Source of the DNA: Octopus vulgaris
Taxonomy: Eukaryota
Assembly: GCA_951406725.2 (NCBI GenBank)
Contig: OX597817.1
Location: 45,260,001-45,324,000, forward strand
Length of the DNA: 64,000 bases
Direction: 5' to 3'
Position 1 is the first letter of the stretch, and the number at the start of each line of letters is the position of its first letter. Positions 41,208 to 55,268 of this stretch are shown piece by piece. Under the pieces are notes generated by a model, which had not been told where the DNA came from, ran no database searches, and worked only from the letters and a program-made list of their open reading frames with translations. A program made the position numbers and the translations under genes.

Positions 41208-41398
41208 GGCGGCGAGCTGGTAGAAACGTTACGTTCTGGGTTCAAATTCCGCCGAGGTCGACTTTGCCGTTTCTCGTTTCGGGGTCGATTAAATAAGTCC
41301 TAGTTATGCACTGGGGTCGATATAATCGACTTAATCCATTTGTCTGTCCTTGTTTATCCTCTCTGTGTTTAGCCCCTTGTGTGTAGTAAAGAAATAGG
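41208..41398 (+). mobile_element. SINE family B with internal deletion and TSD
   Basis: Flanked by GGCATTAATCTTGAA / GGCATTAATCGTGAA. Confidence 0.88.
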
Positions 41399-43149
41399 CA
41401 TTAATCGTGAATTGTATTAAAGTAAAATATGGCACACTATATTCGCACATATCAATTAATAAGATAAATGGATTTCATATAAATGAAAATGCTATGTTGT
41501 AGCTAAGAAGGCAGGCGTCTATTTTATTTGATATTGAATATGATAAAACGGTCGTCAATATATTTCTTTCCTGTATAGAAATACGAAAATAATATATACT
41601 GAAACTAATAAATTTATTTTGGAATCTTGCATTATTTCAACTTTGATGTATTCCCTTAAAAACACGGTATACCATAATAATAGATCAGCTCAAATGTACG
41701 CACAGTGATGGAAACCAAATAGCTTAATTTTAAATATTCGTCAAAGTATGACTTGCCTTTTTCATGATTATTATTCAAAAGTGTGATCAAGAACATTTGG
41801 AATCCTGACAACCATGGTACTTCACATAATATTAAGTAAGTTCTAATTCTAACGCCAGGCTTCCATTGCATTAGAATTTAGATGAGAATATCCATTTTTG
41901 TGACAAACCTTGTGAGTAAGGCACAAGAAACTCCTGAACATTCTTTGTAAATAACTGATTTCAAAATGATTACTTTTTCCATCACTTTGGCAGGCGAAGG
42001 TAATTATTTGCACCTAAAACCAAAACATTTTTGTATATTTATAAAGTGTTACAGATTTGCATTTGGTTTACGTTCACAGAACATGATGTATCTTTCATCT
42101 TCAAGTTATTTATGAAGTGGTTATTATGATAATGCTATTTTCTGTCAGAAACTTGGCTCCGAATCAATCTCATTATTTTAATTAAAATTTTTCCGTCAAA
42201 TCAAATTTAAAACTGCAGATATTCAGATAATATGAAAGTGTTTCCAATCTCCATAATTTGAAGAATAAAGAGCAGTTGCCGACAACTTAAATGTTTAGTT
42301 GTTTGTTAGATGGATTTGTGTAAAATCAGAAAGCTCACAACAAATGCATTCACATGTCGAAATTGTTTAAAATAGCTATCTTGAAAACAGTTATTTATAA
42401 TCGGAATAAAAATTGTTTTTGAAAAAGATCAATATGATGAAAACCTATAGAGTTGTCATTGTTATATAAATTTATAGGAACGTGGGGGATGATAATGAAA
42501 AATTAGTTTAAAACCTAATAATTGTAGTAGTGATAATCTTTATATGATTAATTGATTCATACATTTAATTATAGGCTATATTTGATGTGATAAATAACTG
42601 AAGTATTTATATCACAGACTATGAAAACAGTCAATCCTTGAATATCAGGTATACACAAAAGAGGTACTAACCATATAAAGACCCCATATATCTTAGCATC
42701 TGAAAAATAGGTAAAAGTAAAGAGTTGTAGTATTTCGCAAAGCAATTAAAAAAAAATTTTACAAACTGACACGAAATCGTAACTTAAATTATACAACATA
42801 AATACATTTAAAAACGCCTTCATGATAACCATTAATGAATGTCTTTGAATTTGAATTTTGTTATGATAACAGGAACTACCATATTAAAGGCCGTGTTAAT
42901 GTATTTATTTAAAGTAGCGAATGTCCATGCAGCGTAGAGTCACTTAATGCATCTCAGTAATTTAATTTTTAACTCTTTCTTGTTTCAGCTATTAGACTGC
43001 GGCGAAGCTGGGGCATCGTCTTGAAAGTTTTTTGCTGAAGAATCAACCGCAGTAATTGTTACGCAAATACACACTATAGATCTCTACCCGCACTGACTAC
43101 ATGGCCAAGGGCGTTAGAATCAGAAATATTACTTGAAACGTAATCCTCA

Positions 43150-44330
43150 AATCCTATGAACGCTTCATCACCACTCCTCTATAGAAAGAAATGGCAATTA
43201 TTGCTAGCATCAAAATAAAGAAAACGTGATATCAGGCATTGACGAAATGAGCTCAAATCTAGCCACATGCCCAGAGGAATTCCCAACAATCATCTTAAAG
43301 AAATGCAAAGGCGCTGTAATACGATTCCTTTAGATTCTTTTCCAAAGCTTTCTGGCAACTGGAAGACTTCCTAAAAAGTTAAATGAATGCATATGTCCTA
43401 TCCATGAAGGGGATAGCAGAACAGATGCTAAAAGTTATTGTCTATCTAAACCCCGCCCAATTCATGAAATGCGTCGTCAAGAAGTAACTGACTGCGTTGT
43501 TTGAAGATAATAACTTGCTCCCTGACACCCATCATGTCTCCTGCTCAGGAAGAAGCTCCTTTCCCCAATTTTTGCAGGATTATGACTGTGTATTGAAACA
43601 ATTAATCAAGCGCTCAAACGTGAACGTGAACTATCCCGATTTTGCCAAGGCCTTTGATAAGATTGATCATGGGAATAATAATCATGAGCTACGGAAACTT
43701 GGCATAGCTGGAAAAGTGGGAGACAGGTTGCATGACGTGCTAAAAGTAAGAAGCCAGGCTGTGGCAGCCAATGGAACTCTCCCCAAGGAGACATTAAGTG
43801 AGAGTAGGGCGCCTCACGGAACTGTATTGGGGCCGCTGCTGTTCATGGTGGCTCTTTCAGAGATGCAGTCAGTTACACAGATTACAATCAGCCATAATTA
43901 CTAACTGTGCCGACAACATTAAACTAGTATAAGCAGTCGAGGAACATTCTGATACTAATCTCTTACAGAAAGATATAAATACCATATATAAAAGGGCTGC
44001 AGAAAACAACTTAATGAATGTAAATTCCAAGCTCCTCTGGCACCAGCTAATTGGTTGTTAGGAGACGCGACAACGATACTTTGATCCAAATCGAGCGGCA
44101 ATCGTAGAGTTATGTAGTCCGGGGATTAATATAAGCAACGATTCCTCATTTCATATGCATATAACCATTGGTGGCATTGCGCAGACGAATGATCGGGTAG
44201 GCTCTGGGAACCTTCAGGACAAGGGCCCAAGAAACTATCCTGGTCCTATGGAGAACATGTATACTCAGCCCTCTAGACCCACAGCATCTTCATGGCGTAG
44301 ATGCAGTTTTTGTTCGAAAACCATCTTGAC
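43150..44330 (+). pseudogene. Decayed CR1/L2-group LINE reverse transcriptase
   Basis: ORF 43497-43904: YPDFAKAFDKIDH..PHGTVLGPLLF; frameshifts and stops on either side. Confidence 0.88.
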
Positions 44331-45263
44331 TTCCAGATGAACCAATATCAAGGCATGGAACTCAAAGGAAGAGGTGTCTTGCAAGTCTACCAGATAAGAG
44401 GATAGATTACATAAAATGAAGGAGAGTATGTTTTAGATTAAAAAAAGAACTTTGTTTATATTAATTTTGAAAAATAAAAGAAGTATACAGAAAACCGCGT
44501 TTTCTATGGGATGAACCAATATATACTTACAAAATTTACGACGAATTGCGAGTGTATTTTAAAAACCTCTTTTATGGAGCAGTTTGATATTTATGTTCTA
44601 CGTAACATAAACTAAATGCTTCTTATTCTTTGACGTCATATTTCATTAATCAAATTTATTCCAAACGTCGGTATCGTACAGTTATACTCAAAAATAATTT
44701 AATTGCATTTAGTATCTCAAAATATCGCGATTCCTATGACGTATTGATTTATCAAAAGTGGTGATTCTTAGCTACAATCTAAACTTGTCCAATAACACAA
44801 TATACACTCATCTATGCAAATCTCTCTCTATAAACCTCACTCTCTATTTATCTATCAATGTATTTATCTTGCTATATATGTGTGGGTATACCCGTGTGCG
44901 TATATTTGAGCGAGCTATTCGAAAACGTATGGCCAGTGGATGGGGAAAATTTGGTTTCCAATATTTTCGTTCATGTATGATTATTTTCGTTCATGTATGA
45001 TTAACAGCTCCGCCCATGGGTCACTAGTAGAGCTTGTAAATATGTAAAGATAACAACTGTATAAGACAATAATGAGGTGCGCCATCTTAAGTAAACATAC
45101 GTGTAGAGTTCAAAAGATGAGTACGGGCCTTTGTGAAAGTCCTTCACTAACTCTCTACGGAATGTTCTCGAAGTTTATATCGTTAGTTATCTCTCATGTA
45201 ATAGGAATCTTAATACACACTCACACACACACACACACACACTCACACACACACACACATTTA

Positions 45264-45430
45264 TAGGCGCAGGCGTGGTGGTGTGGTCAGAAGCTTGTTC
45301 CCAATCACATGACTCCGCGGTTCAGTCCCACTGTGTTCCAGCTCGTAGTCATGTGCCTGCTACTATAACCTAGAGCCGACCAAAGACATGATTGGATTTG
45401 GTAGACGGAAATCGAAAGAAGCCACTTTAT
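45264..45430 (+). mobile_element. SINE family A, 5' half
   Basis: GGCGCAGGCGTGG..GGTTCAGTCCCAC..GATTTGGTAGACGGAAATCGAAAGAAGCC. Confidence 0.8.
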
Positions 45431-45868
45431 TGTATTACCATGTGGATTCCTCATTCCATTACGATTACCCAGAAGGCGCGCATGGCAGAATTTTGGAGGG
45501 AAAATTTACGTTCCCAGTCGTTACTTGGTTTTAACATCTGCGCACTTCCCCCCCCACTATCTGATGTCGCTGGATCAGAAGTGAGGGCTGGTGGCATTTG
45601 ATAAAGCTAACGAATATAGCGCTGATGACGGAATTCAAACTCACCCTTTTTTTATATGTTTGTGATCCAGAAACACCGTGTTCGCTATTAACGGTAAGTG
45701 ACTGAATTCGTATATTTGCCACTCCGGTTTTGTGTATGTGAGCCACAAGGGCCTTCGTTTTTGGAATCTCTACTTATAGAAATGGAAAAAACGGTCTTTG
45801 ACTGCCATTTCTAATTCCTTCGGTATGAGGCGAAACAGCTTGCTGCTAGCCAACTTATTTTTCTTTAC

Positions 45869-45903
<35 letters not shown>

Positions 45904-46503
45904 CATATATTATATATTATATATATGTGTGTGTGTGTGTGTGTATGTGCGCGTGTGTGTGTGTGTGCGTGTATGTGATTAGACACACATCACTTTTGTA
46001 TCTGGTTTGCAAGATTCTTTATGTGAACTCGGGTGTTGAAGCATATTATACTGTGTCTGTAGAGTGTCAAATTATCGTAACGCCTTATATTCAGACATAA
46101 ACATTGATTTGACTTCCACTAATTTATCATTTATAAATTTCCTTCTAAAATTTCCGTTGCCTTTTGCAACTTTGTCAATGAATATTGACTGTCACTTATG
46201 AGATCTGTATCATTATTTGTTTGTTTGTGCGCATACGTATGCCTCAGTGTGCATGTGTGCTTGTGTATTTGCATATTAATATACGTATGTATGTGAGTCT
46301 ATGTATATATGTATGTATGGTGGGTATAAATGTATGTCTGTGTGTATGTATTCTGCATGTCGATGTGCTTATGTGACCACATATGTGCATCTGTTATGTA
46401 TTGGTGTCTGTCTCCATATGTGCATTTCTGTGTATGGGAATATGTGTGTGTGTATGGCCATGTGTTTCCGTTTGTTTCTGTGAGTTGTGCGTGTGTGCGC
46501 GCT

Positions 46504-47593
46504 TGTTGAACTTTTCTTAAAGTTTCTATGTTGATTTCTGTTGCACGTCTGATCGTGCAACAGAAATCAACATAGAAACTTTAAGAAAAGTTCAACACAA
46601 CAACACACCTTCCCCGAAAATACTACCTTACATATCTACATACAACCCCAGAAACAAAGAAGCCTTCACCATCATCACCCAGAATTTACCAATACTTCAT
46701 AAAAACCCAAAATTAAAGGAAATTCTAAACATACACCAAATCATTAAAAGCTACAAACAGCCTAAATCACTTAAAAAGATTCTCACAAAGGCAAAATTGT
46801 CTTCTGAAATTACGGAAGCAAAAGTAAAAAAAATGTGGTAGATCGAACTGTGCAACATGTCCTAACCTATTGGAAGGATCAGAATTCTTCTTTAAAGAGA
46901 GACAGAAATTCAAGATCAAATCTAACTTTACTTGTGCCTCTGAAAACATAATTTATGTCATTAAATGCTCGGGCTGCCACCAAGACTACGTGGGTTCCAC
47001 GGGACTATCACTCAGGCGTAGATGCACACTGCATCGACAACAGATTGCATTCCCAGAATATAGAATGATACCTTTTAGTGAGCACATTGAGAAATGCGCA
47101 AAGCAACTACTGCCACAATTTTTAATCTTCCCATTTTACCAATGTGCTTTCGGATCATCAACACGAATGAGACTGAACAAGGAAACATTCTTCATTGAAA
47201 AGTACAAACCCAGACTCAACCATCCGAACATACTAACACAGAGAAATTAACAAGGGAAAGGGAAAAAAATTTTTAAGCGATTATCTCCCTTACACCGGAA
47301 GAAATCACTCACTACCTCCCCTTATTTAGAAACTCCTGAAAATAAACACAACGATAACTCCATTCAATATAAACATAACGTCACAAGAAATTTGAAAAGC
47401 TACACGCGAAACCGGTAATTTCTTTAAAAATTTTAAAATTATGTCATTTTAAGGAAAGGAAAAAAATTTTCCAATATTCTCCAGACATTTTGACACAAAT
47501 ATATATATTTTTTAACATTTAAGCCTTCTGTCGTTTTTTCACTCTTTACTATTTTCTTATATATTCACCCACGTGCTTTACCAAACAAACTTT

Positions 47594-47596
<3 letters not shown>
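46504..47596 (+). mobile_element. Penelope-like element (Neptune-like) 3' part with a 44-bp 5' inversion; ends at (TA)n
   Basis: LPYISTYNP..KQPKSLKKIL (frameshift) CGRSNCATC..NIIYVIKCSGC..YVGST..R..H..E..PRLN; same family as 34542-35003; hairpin 46504-46547/46554-46597. Confidence 0.92.
47385..47424 (+). ncRNA. Minimal type-I hammerhead ribozyme (U3-A8 variant)
   Basis: AAGAAAT-TTGAAAA-GC-TACAC-GC-GAAA-CCGG-TA-ATTTCTT; perfect 7-bp stem I, palindromic stem III, GUA site. Confidence 0.8.
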
Positions 47597-47659
<63 letters not shown>

Positions 47660-47660
<1 letters not shown>

Positions 47661-47775
47661 GATGGTCTTCTTTCAGTATCCGTCTACAAAATCCACTCAC
47701 AATTCCTCGGTCCGAGGGTATAGAAAGACCTCGGGACCACGTGTTTGGGAAGCAAGATTATTTCTAAACAGCCAC
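47660..47775 (-). mobile_element. SINE family A fragment
   Basis: TTCTTTCAGTATCCGTCTACAAAATCCACTCACAA. Confidence 0.7.
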
Positions 47776-48812
47776 TTGAGAGAGAGAGAGAGAGCAGAAA
47801 GAACAATTTACATCAGCTGTATATATGACTATGGTGTAGAGATATTCGCTTCAGTTTTCGCATATCTTCTCAGTTAAGATTTGATTTCAGGTCATTTTAG
47901 CTGTTATATCTGACTAATCAAACGACAGCGTGCAAGAGGCAACTCATTTATATCGACTTGATTTAGCACATGCCAGTTTCCGTTTTAGAACGAGTAAAGA
48001 TTTCCATAAATTCATTTCTATTTCCTTCAATCTCAAACCTCCCCTCCCCGCCATAAAAAGGAGGAAATATACGTGTTTTGATTGTTTGTTGCAGTAACGT
48101 ATTACACTTGAGAAAAACAAAATAAGAAAATATAAGCACTTTCAACATTAGTTTCATTGCAAGTTAAATCGAGGCTTATTCATAGGCAAATCAGCATGAG
48201 GTAATATGATATTTAAATGGATAACTCCGTAACAGACCATCTTAACGATGGAAAAACCATCGTGGCAAATTTGGACAAATGTAAGAAATAATTTTCATAA
48301 ATTGTGTAATCTATGTTGTTTCCAAACGTAGTAAAATAAAATTATTGTTTTACGCATGTGATCAGTAGCCATTTGCAAATAAATTGAAGTCAGTCTTCCG
48401 TAAGAGTCACAGCGTAAAACCTTTTTGATATGCTAGTTATAGAAGTCAAATCTCTGCAAAAGTACGCACATATAGTAAGGTACCGTCATAAATATAAGAA
48501 AGAGTATATTTAAGGTTTAGTTGTAGATTATAATTAATGAAACTGAAACAAAGAAAACCGGTACATCTTTTCATTTCGATCCTGTCGGATTTCATTCCCT
48601 GTGTATAACAAAGCCATATTGAAATATATGCGTACTGAAGTAACAGTTCATCTTTGGCGTAAATGAAATATGACAGGTGTCGCACTTACCTTTGTTTTGA
48701 TCAAATATATTTTTTATCAGCCGCTTCATTGCAGTCCATTCTTTATCTAATAGGGTTTTTGAGCGTAGATTAAGATAGAAATGTAAGCTTATATGATTTT
48801 CTTTTTAACCCT

Positions 48813-49139
48813 TCTAAAAGACTCCGCCGGTTACGACGACGAGAGTCCCAGCTGATACGATCAACGGAACAGCTTGCTCGTGAAATTAATTTGTAAATGG
48901 CTAAGCATTCCACAGACACGTGTACCCTTAACGTAGTTCTCGGGGAAAATCAGCGTGACACAGAGAGTGACAAGGCTGACCCTTTGAAATACGAGTACAA
49001 CTCATTTTTCCAGCTGAGTGGACTGGAGCAACGTGAAATAAAGTGTCTTGCTCAAGGACACAACGCGTCGCCGGGAATCGAACTCACAACCTTACGATCA
49101 TGAGCCGAATGCCCTAACCACTAAGCCACGCGCCCTCAC
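48813..49139 (-). mobile_element. tRNA-derived SINE family C with 12-bp TSD
   Basis: Minus head GGGCGCGTGGCTTAGTGGTTAGGG..GAGTTCGATTCCCGG then GTGTCCTTGAGCAAGACACTT; TSD CTTTTTAACCCT at 48801 and 49140. Confidence 0.9.
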
Positions 49140-50828
49140 CTTTTTAACCCTAGATGAACTGATGTAACTAACCTGGGTTTATTTTGTATTTATGCTCTAT
49201 AACCGTTTCATAAATTTGTGCAAGAGCAGTTTTCTTTTATCAGCTGACACTACTTTAATAATTTCAGTTTCTGGAATGTTAGATGACGAAATCATGTGAA
49301 TGCAAATTCGTTATCCAGAAATAAATATTTTATAATTTATGATATAGAATTTGTATTTAGCATGATTATTTATTTTCATAGATGACTCACGCATAAAAAT
49401 ATATATCGTTGTCTTTTAGTCTTACACTGGCGAAAATAGAAGAAAAAATATAGTATTAACTTTTTCAAATGTTTGAAGTTGAAGCAGTTTATTGTAGGTC
49501 GATAAACACAAAGTCAAAAAGTATCTATACATATTTAAAACACAGAATAAATTTGGGTAAAACCAACATTTTGTTGCATAAAATCTAATAGTCTTTCGTT
49601 TCTGCATTACCACTATTTTATACTTTCTAATAAAATAAGAATCTCAGAGGTACAATGTCACACACTTTGGCGTAGGACTTAGTTAATGTGATCCAAATCA
49701 GTTAATTTCTTATGTCTTATTTTATAGAAACAAGAGTGACGGAAGGCTAAGGAGATTCCAACCAAATTTAAAACCTAATGTGCACTATTAAGAATTACAT
49801 GTCGTAAATTCTGTCAAAAATCACCAATGAACTATAGGATACGAAATAAACTCACACATTGTACAGCCATAAATATACTTTACTTTGTAGGTAATGTGTT
49901 AATAAATGAAATCATTGAGTAAATACACAAATCATTACGATTGGTCAGAGTGTAATATGCCAGTGTCACTTCCCAGTGAAATATTTATACTTCATTTCTG
50001 ATATGACTTCTTTCCTCGCTACCAAATTAATTATTGATGATACTGGAGATATTCAGTTATTTAGCTAAAGTTATGATTGTTTTATTTAAACAGACGACTT
50101 TAGTGTTCATTGATATCAGAATAACTCTTTCAGAAACCCATTCATTCAATTTGATTTAAGAGAGCTAACTTTTCATAATTATTCATCAGGTACAATACGG
50201 TAACTGTTCGAAATATATGACGCTTTTATTTACATTCTGTTCAAATTTTGTAATATGATTTCATATGTTCTGATATCTTTAAATGATATATGTTGTAGAT
50301 TGATACTTTTTTTTTATTCCTACTTTTAATTAAAATTATGTCAAAACTGTATAAACGATTGCACAACTTTTATCTCTTCTTGTCAAGCTGAACGTTGCAT
50401 TTCTGTTACACTTGATTACATGAAGATTACTGGAAACCTTACATAAGTAAAAGGATTCTTTATAATGCTGAGCGACTCTAGAGGCCAATGCAACATATAT
50501 CAACAATGGTCGCTCAAGGCATAAGGAAGTCATATGAAACGGTTGTGAGTTAAATAATCTCAACATGTTGTGCAACTACATTTTGCAGTTATTTTAATTA
50601 AAATGTGTCTGTCTTAATAAGGTTAGAACGAATGATATATGCTGTTAGATGTGATTTAGTTAACTATATACCTTTATAACTTAAGATATAGCATTGCAAT
50701 CGTTTAATTTGTTAACTAAATATGATGTATTAGAGCACAAACATCTGGATCTTTGAAAAAATTGATATCATTTCACATATACCAGAAATATGAAAATGAG
50801 GAATTTCCCTCTGGCAAAACAAGTAATC

Positions 50829-51400
50829 TGTTTCTTTATTAGCCACGCAGGGCTGCACACAGAGGGGACAGATTATAAAGTAGAGCTTTTCTTTATAGGG
50901 ACAAAAAAAGTGGGGTAGGTTTTCGATCAAAAGGGATCGTAAAAGGGAAAGAAAGGAAAAAATAAGAAAAATCGATCAATAGGGATCGTGTATCACAGAA
51001 ATGTCACGATGTAAAGTGTAAAGGGGGAAGCAGATGGGGTTTATCCGTGGAAAGAAGAGTCTACGGAAAAGATCACGGTAACCTCGGTCAATAATGCCGC
51101 ATGTTAACACATTTGGTTGCAAGTAGGTTACCCTCTGTTTTAAAGTTTTCCGGGTTCATAGGATTATGCTCAAGGTGGCTTCGTCATTCATACTTGCCAG
51201 CCTTGCTATATTCACCCATCATTTTTTAAGCATTCGCTAGACAAAACTTGCCTCTCTACTCTCACTTTCCTTTTCAAGTGATACTGGCAAAATAAGTAAC
51301 AACGATGAAAGTCGTGGACTGGCGGGGCGCCACCACAGATCCAGTTCAGGAGCGATAATTCACTAATTACGCGGCTTATCAAAATCATGTACGGAAACCA
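50829..51400 (-). mobile_element. LINE 3' fragment (Tx1/L1-like ORF2 end + 3' UTR)
   Basis: YHLKRKVRVERQVLSSEC C-terminal remnant; T/C-rich UTR ending in AATAAAGAAAC; clade call is tentative. Confidence 0.6.
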
Positions 51401-51819
51401 AATCGGAGGTAAATCATACTGCCAGTCCATGTCTTATATGCATAGTGTGTGTAAACAATGTGCAAATACGCCAGGACATACGTAAGAATAAATTCAAATA
51501 GAAAATAGGAGTGTTAGTAAAATAAACATTATCGTCCTCACATACTTAACGCACAAACAGTTTGGATGTGCCGGCAGTCTGCGAATTAGCCAGGTAGAGA
51601 TCGGTCTCTCGGAGCGCCTGGTGTTCAAACAACTGAAGCTCATAGACAGGTAGAACAACTTACCTCACACCCCATTGACAAATCTGGCAGGTGTCTTCCA
51701 TTAAATTCCTAGGCCGAATAATACCTTGTGAATGAATTTAGTAGGCATATGCATAGAGCTAGACGAGATATAGATAATAGATTAGATAGATGTAATATAT
51801 ATATATATATATATATACA

Positions 51820-51881
<62 letters not shown>

Positions 51882-51929
51882 AGTGCAAATGTGTAAATAT
51901 ATATACGGTAATACGTCATTTTACGAAGA

Positions 51930-52360
51930 TCTGCTTTACGAGTTTCATTTTCCAAGCACAAAATCCAAATTTTGAAGGAAGTGAAAAAGTTTCTACTACT
52001 ATAACAAATTATTCTGCGTGTTAGCGACAAGTTTATAGAGAGCAAAAAAGAAGCTTCTTCTAAGCAAACAACTCTAGACTTGGTTTTGAAAAGGAAATCT
52101 ACAGGTCCGTCTACGAGTGCTTGTGAATCGGTGATCTCATCTACAAAGTATAGAGTATGCAAGTCAAGTGCAACTGAAAATAATTCAGAAATGATTATAT
52201 TAATAATAATTTTTATTATAACTGATCTTGGCATTCTTTTTCTTTCCATAAAATATTCTTTACTTTCTTCTCTTGTTTTGTTGACATTTATTTACTACTT
52301 TCATAAATTTTCCAGCTAAAATATTTTTCTGGGAACGAATTACGATTTATAACGCTGGTA
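51930..52360 (+). mobile_element. Tigger/pogo-like transposase C-terminal remnant
   Basis: QNPNFEGSEKVSTTITNYSAC*RQVYREQK..KQTTLDLVLKRK resembles the DPN.ERS.KV..CY..IY.EKK..QTTLD.F end of Tigger transposases. Confidence 0.6.
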
Positions 52361-52818
52361 CTATAGGAAATTATTGATGTATATAATATGTGAGTATGTC
52401 TATGTAAGTGATCGTTTTTGACTGTTTGTTCCTCACCACTTAATGGCCGCTGTTGGATTCTTTACATACATATAAATTAGCAATAGTGCCCAATAGAATA
52501 AGTACCAGATTGAAATAATATGCATTGGGGCGAATTCGTTTAACTAAATTATTTCAAGTTCTTCCAACACCATGGTCACAGTCCAATGATATTTAAAAAA
52601 AATAAAGAACTAAAAGATGAAAGATATCTCGGTTTTACTTATTGGTTCATAAACAATATGGTATTTTAAAAATAATTTGCCAATTATTCTCCGGAATTAT
52701 TTTACTTTCGTCAAATTCTTACGTTATAGTATTAAAACGCAAGTTTCAAATGCACAAGTAACATAACAATCAACCCCATCTAAGAAAGATGCTGAAAATT
52801 TCACTGAAGATAATAAAT

Positions 52819-53250
52819 AGGCGTAGGAGTGGCTGTATGGTAAGTAGCTTGTAGGCGTAGGAGTGGCAATGTGGTAAGTAGCATACTTACCAACCACATT
52901 GTTCCGGGTTCAGTCTCACTGTGTGGCACCTTGGGCAAGTGTATTCTACTATAGTCTCGGGCCGACCAAATACTTGTGAGTGGATTTGGTAGACGGAAAC
53001 TGAAAGAAACCCATCGTATTTACATATGTATGTGTGTGTATATGTTTGTGTCTGTGTTTGTCACCCCAACATCGCTTGACAACCGATGTTGGTGTGTTTA
53101 CGTCCCGGTAACATAGCGGCTCGGCAAAAGAGACCGATAGAATAAGTACTAGGCTTACAAAGAATAAGTCCTGGAGTTGATTTGCTCGACTAAATGCGGT
53201 GCTCCAGCATGGCCTCAATCACATGACTGAAACAAGTAAAAGAGTAAAAG
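52819..53250 (+). mobile_element. SINE family A with duplicated 5' head
   Basis: AGGCGTAGGAGTGGC..TGGTAAGTAGC occurs twice (52819, 52853) before the body. Confidence 0.9.
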
Positions 53251-54119
53251 ATTATATTACAGTATATACGCAGAATCATTCGTTATGTTAGTAGAAACTT
53301 TTGTACTTCGTTCAAAATTTGGATCTTGTGTGTGAAAAATAAAACTCGTGAAACGGATCCAGTATATTTTACTATAAGTTTCCGAGTATGTATCGAATTC
53401 ATTGTTTTGAGTTTCATCCATTCCACAAAGCCGAATAATCTGTAAAATTAAGAAAACATAACTGTTAATCCTACATTTTTACAAGTTAAGTTATCTACAA
53501 ACATTTATTTTTCAATGCTTTGCTTTCAATTTCTTAAATAATAAATAAGTGAGAACGAACGCATAATATAAATAAACTGAACACAAACTTGATGGCAATT
53601 TCCTGAATTTGAAGACTGCATTCTGCTGGCCAAGATATGATGTTTTATTAATTGATAGTTTTATAATGAGCGTAGTAATACCATAATCCGTAATTAGAAA
53701 ATTAGAATAATGTTAGTTAAATCTGATGGATAAATGTCACTAAACTAATCATATTACACTCTAAACTTAATCTTAGGTCCAAGTGAACGTTAATGTTCTC
53801 AGAATTATTGGTAGAATCAACGACTGTATAGATATATCACAGCAATTATTATTTCAGGTATTAGAGGGTGAAAATGACACGATTATCATTATTAGAAGTT
53901 GACAGATTCATCTTCCATCTTTAAGTTCTGGTATCAAATTCCATGAGACTAAGTTTACCATTCATCCTCTGGAGATAAATAAACTAAATGCCGGTTCAGC
54001 ACTGTGGTTGGTGTGATGAACTGGCTCAGCCCCCAAAAAAACATTACTGTATGCTTTTATATTATTTTTCTAATTTGTAGAAAAGATTATGAAATAATCT
54101 CTAAATTCCTTTAATTGTT

Positions 54120-54314
54120 ACACTCATTTGACAGCAGCCCTGCTGGAACACGGCCTTTAGTCGAACAAATCGACCCCAGGACTTATTCATTGTAAGCCTA
54201 GTACTTATTATATTGGTCTATTTTGCCGAACCACTAAGTTGCGCGGACGTAACTACACCAACATCGGTTGTCAAGCAATGATGGCGGGGGGGGGGGGTCA
54301 AAGACGGACACAGA

Positions 54315-54353
<39 letters not shown>

Positions 54354-54495
54354 GACCGACTTCTTTCAGTTTCTGTCTACCAAATCCAATCACAAGTCTT
54401 TGGTCGGCGCGAGGTTATAGTAGGAGACAGTTGCCCAAAGTGCCACGTAGTGGGACTGAACTCGGAACCATATGGTTAGGAAGCCATAATCTAAC
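54120..54495 (-). mobile_element. SINE family A
   Basis: Reverse-complement match to family A. Confidence 0.88.
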
Positions 54496-55268
54496 TATTA
54501 TTTTTTAAAAAAATAGTATCATTTATATTACAATTCACAAATCAATCATACTCGTTCAAAAAATTACAACTGGTAGTCGGGTGTAAGTAATAGATATTTA
54601 AAACATTGAAAATCAGTTTGGTTAAAACCGCTGATTATAAAAGAGTGTTTTTGTTCACGTCAGTGAACAGCACTCTTCTGGGTCATTCATTTTAAAGCCT
54701 GAAATCGAAATAATGTTATATAGAGATAAAAATAATCTTTTATGTAGGTGAAAGATAAATATGATTCTCAATTGTATATTATTAAGAATTTTAATCACAA
54801 CGTTGTTCTATTTTTATGAATATCTAACGATAGATTAAATTGTTGCAGAGAGAATGAACTCGTTTGAAACAGTTATAGATAAATTTGTTCGGTAGAATTT
54901 AGATCTTTTAAAAATATTTCTATGAATGTTTTTAACTTGAATTTCCAATGCGTTTTGGATTGACATGCATCAATCTATATCGATTTATTTTCAATAGGCA
55001 GCTGAGGATTTTAGTACATAAAGTTCAATTCCTGGGAGATGGTTTAGTGAATACGGGAATTTTATAAAAAATATTAACTAGATGTTGTTATACACAATTT
55101 TATCACATCTACTTATTGTCTTTCACTTTTGTAGAATTTTTGAGGAAGGAAAATTATAGGGTAAGGCGGTGATACATCTTCTAAGACAGTAAAAGCGAAA
55201 AAAAAAATGGTGTGACAAATTCACCAAACCACCAAGGAGAAAATAATACATTAAAGTTAGTCAGTTGT

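Noticed and set aside
44963-45002. 20-bp tandem duplication TATTTTCGTTCATGTATGAT
   Set aside because: Ordinary local slippage duplication; no further structure
49065-49139. tRNA gene (also 62728-62800 and SINE A heads)
   Set aside because: A/B boxes are followed by SINE bodies (with a TSD at 48813-49139); no clean cloverleaf acceptor stem or Pol III terminator
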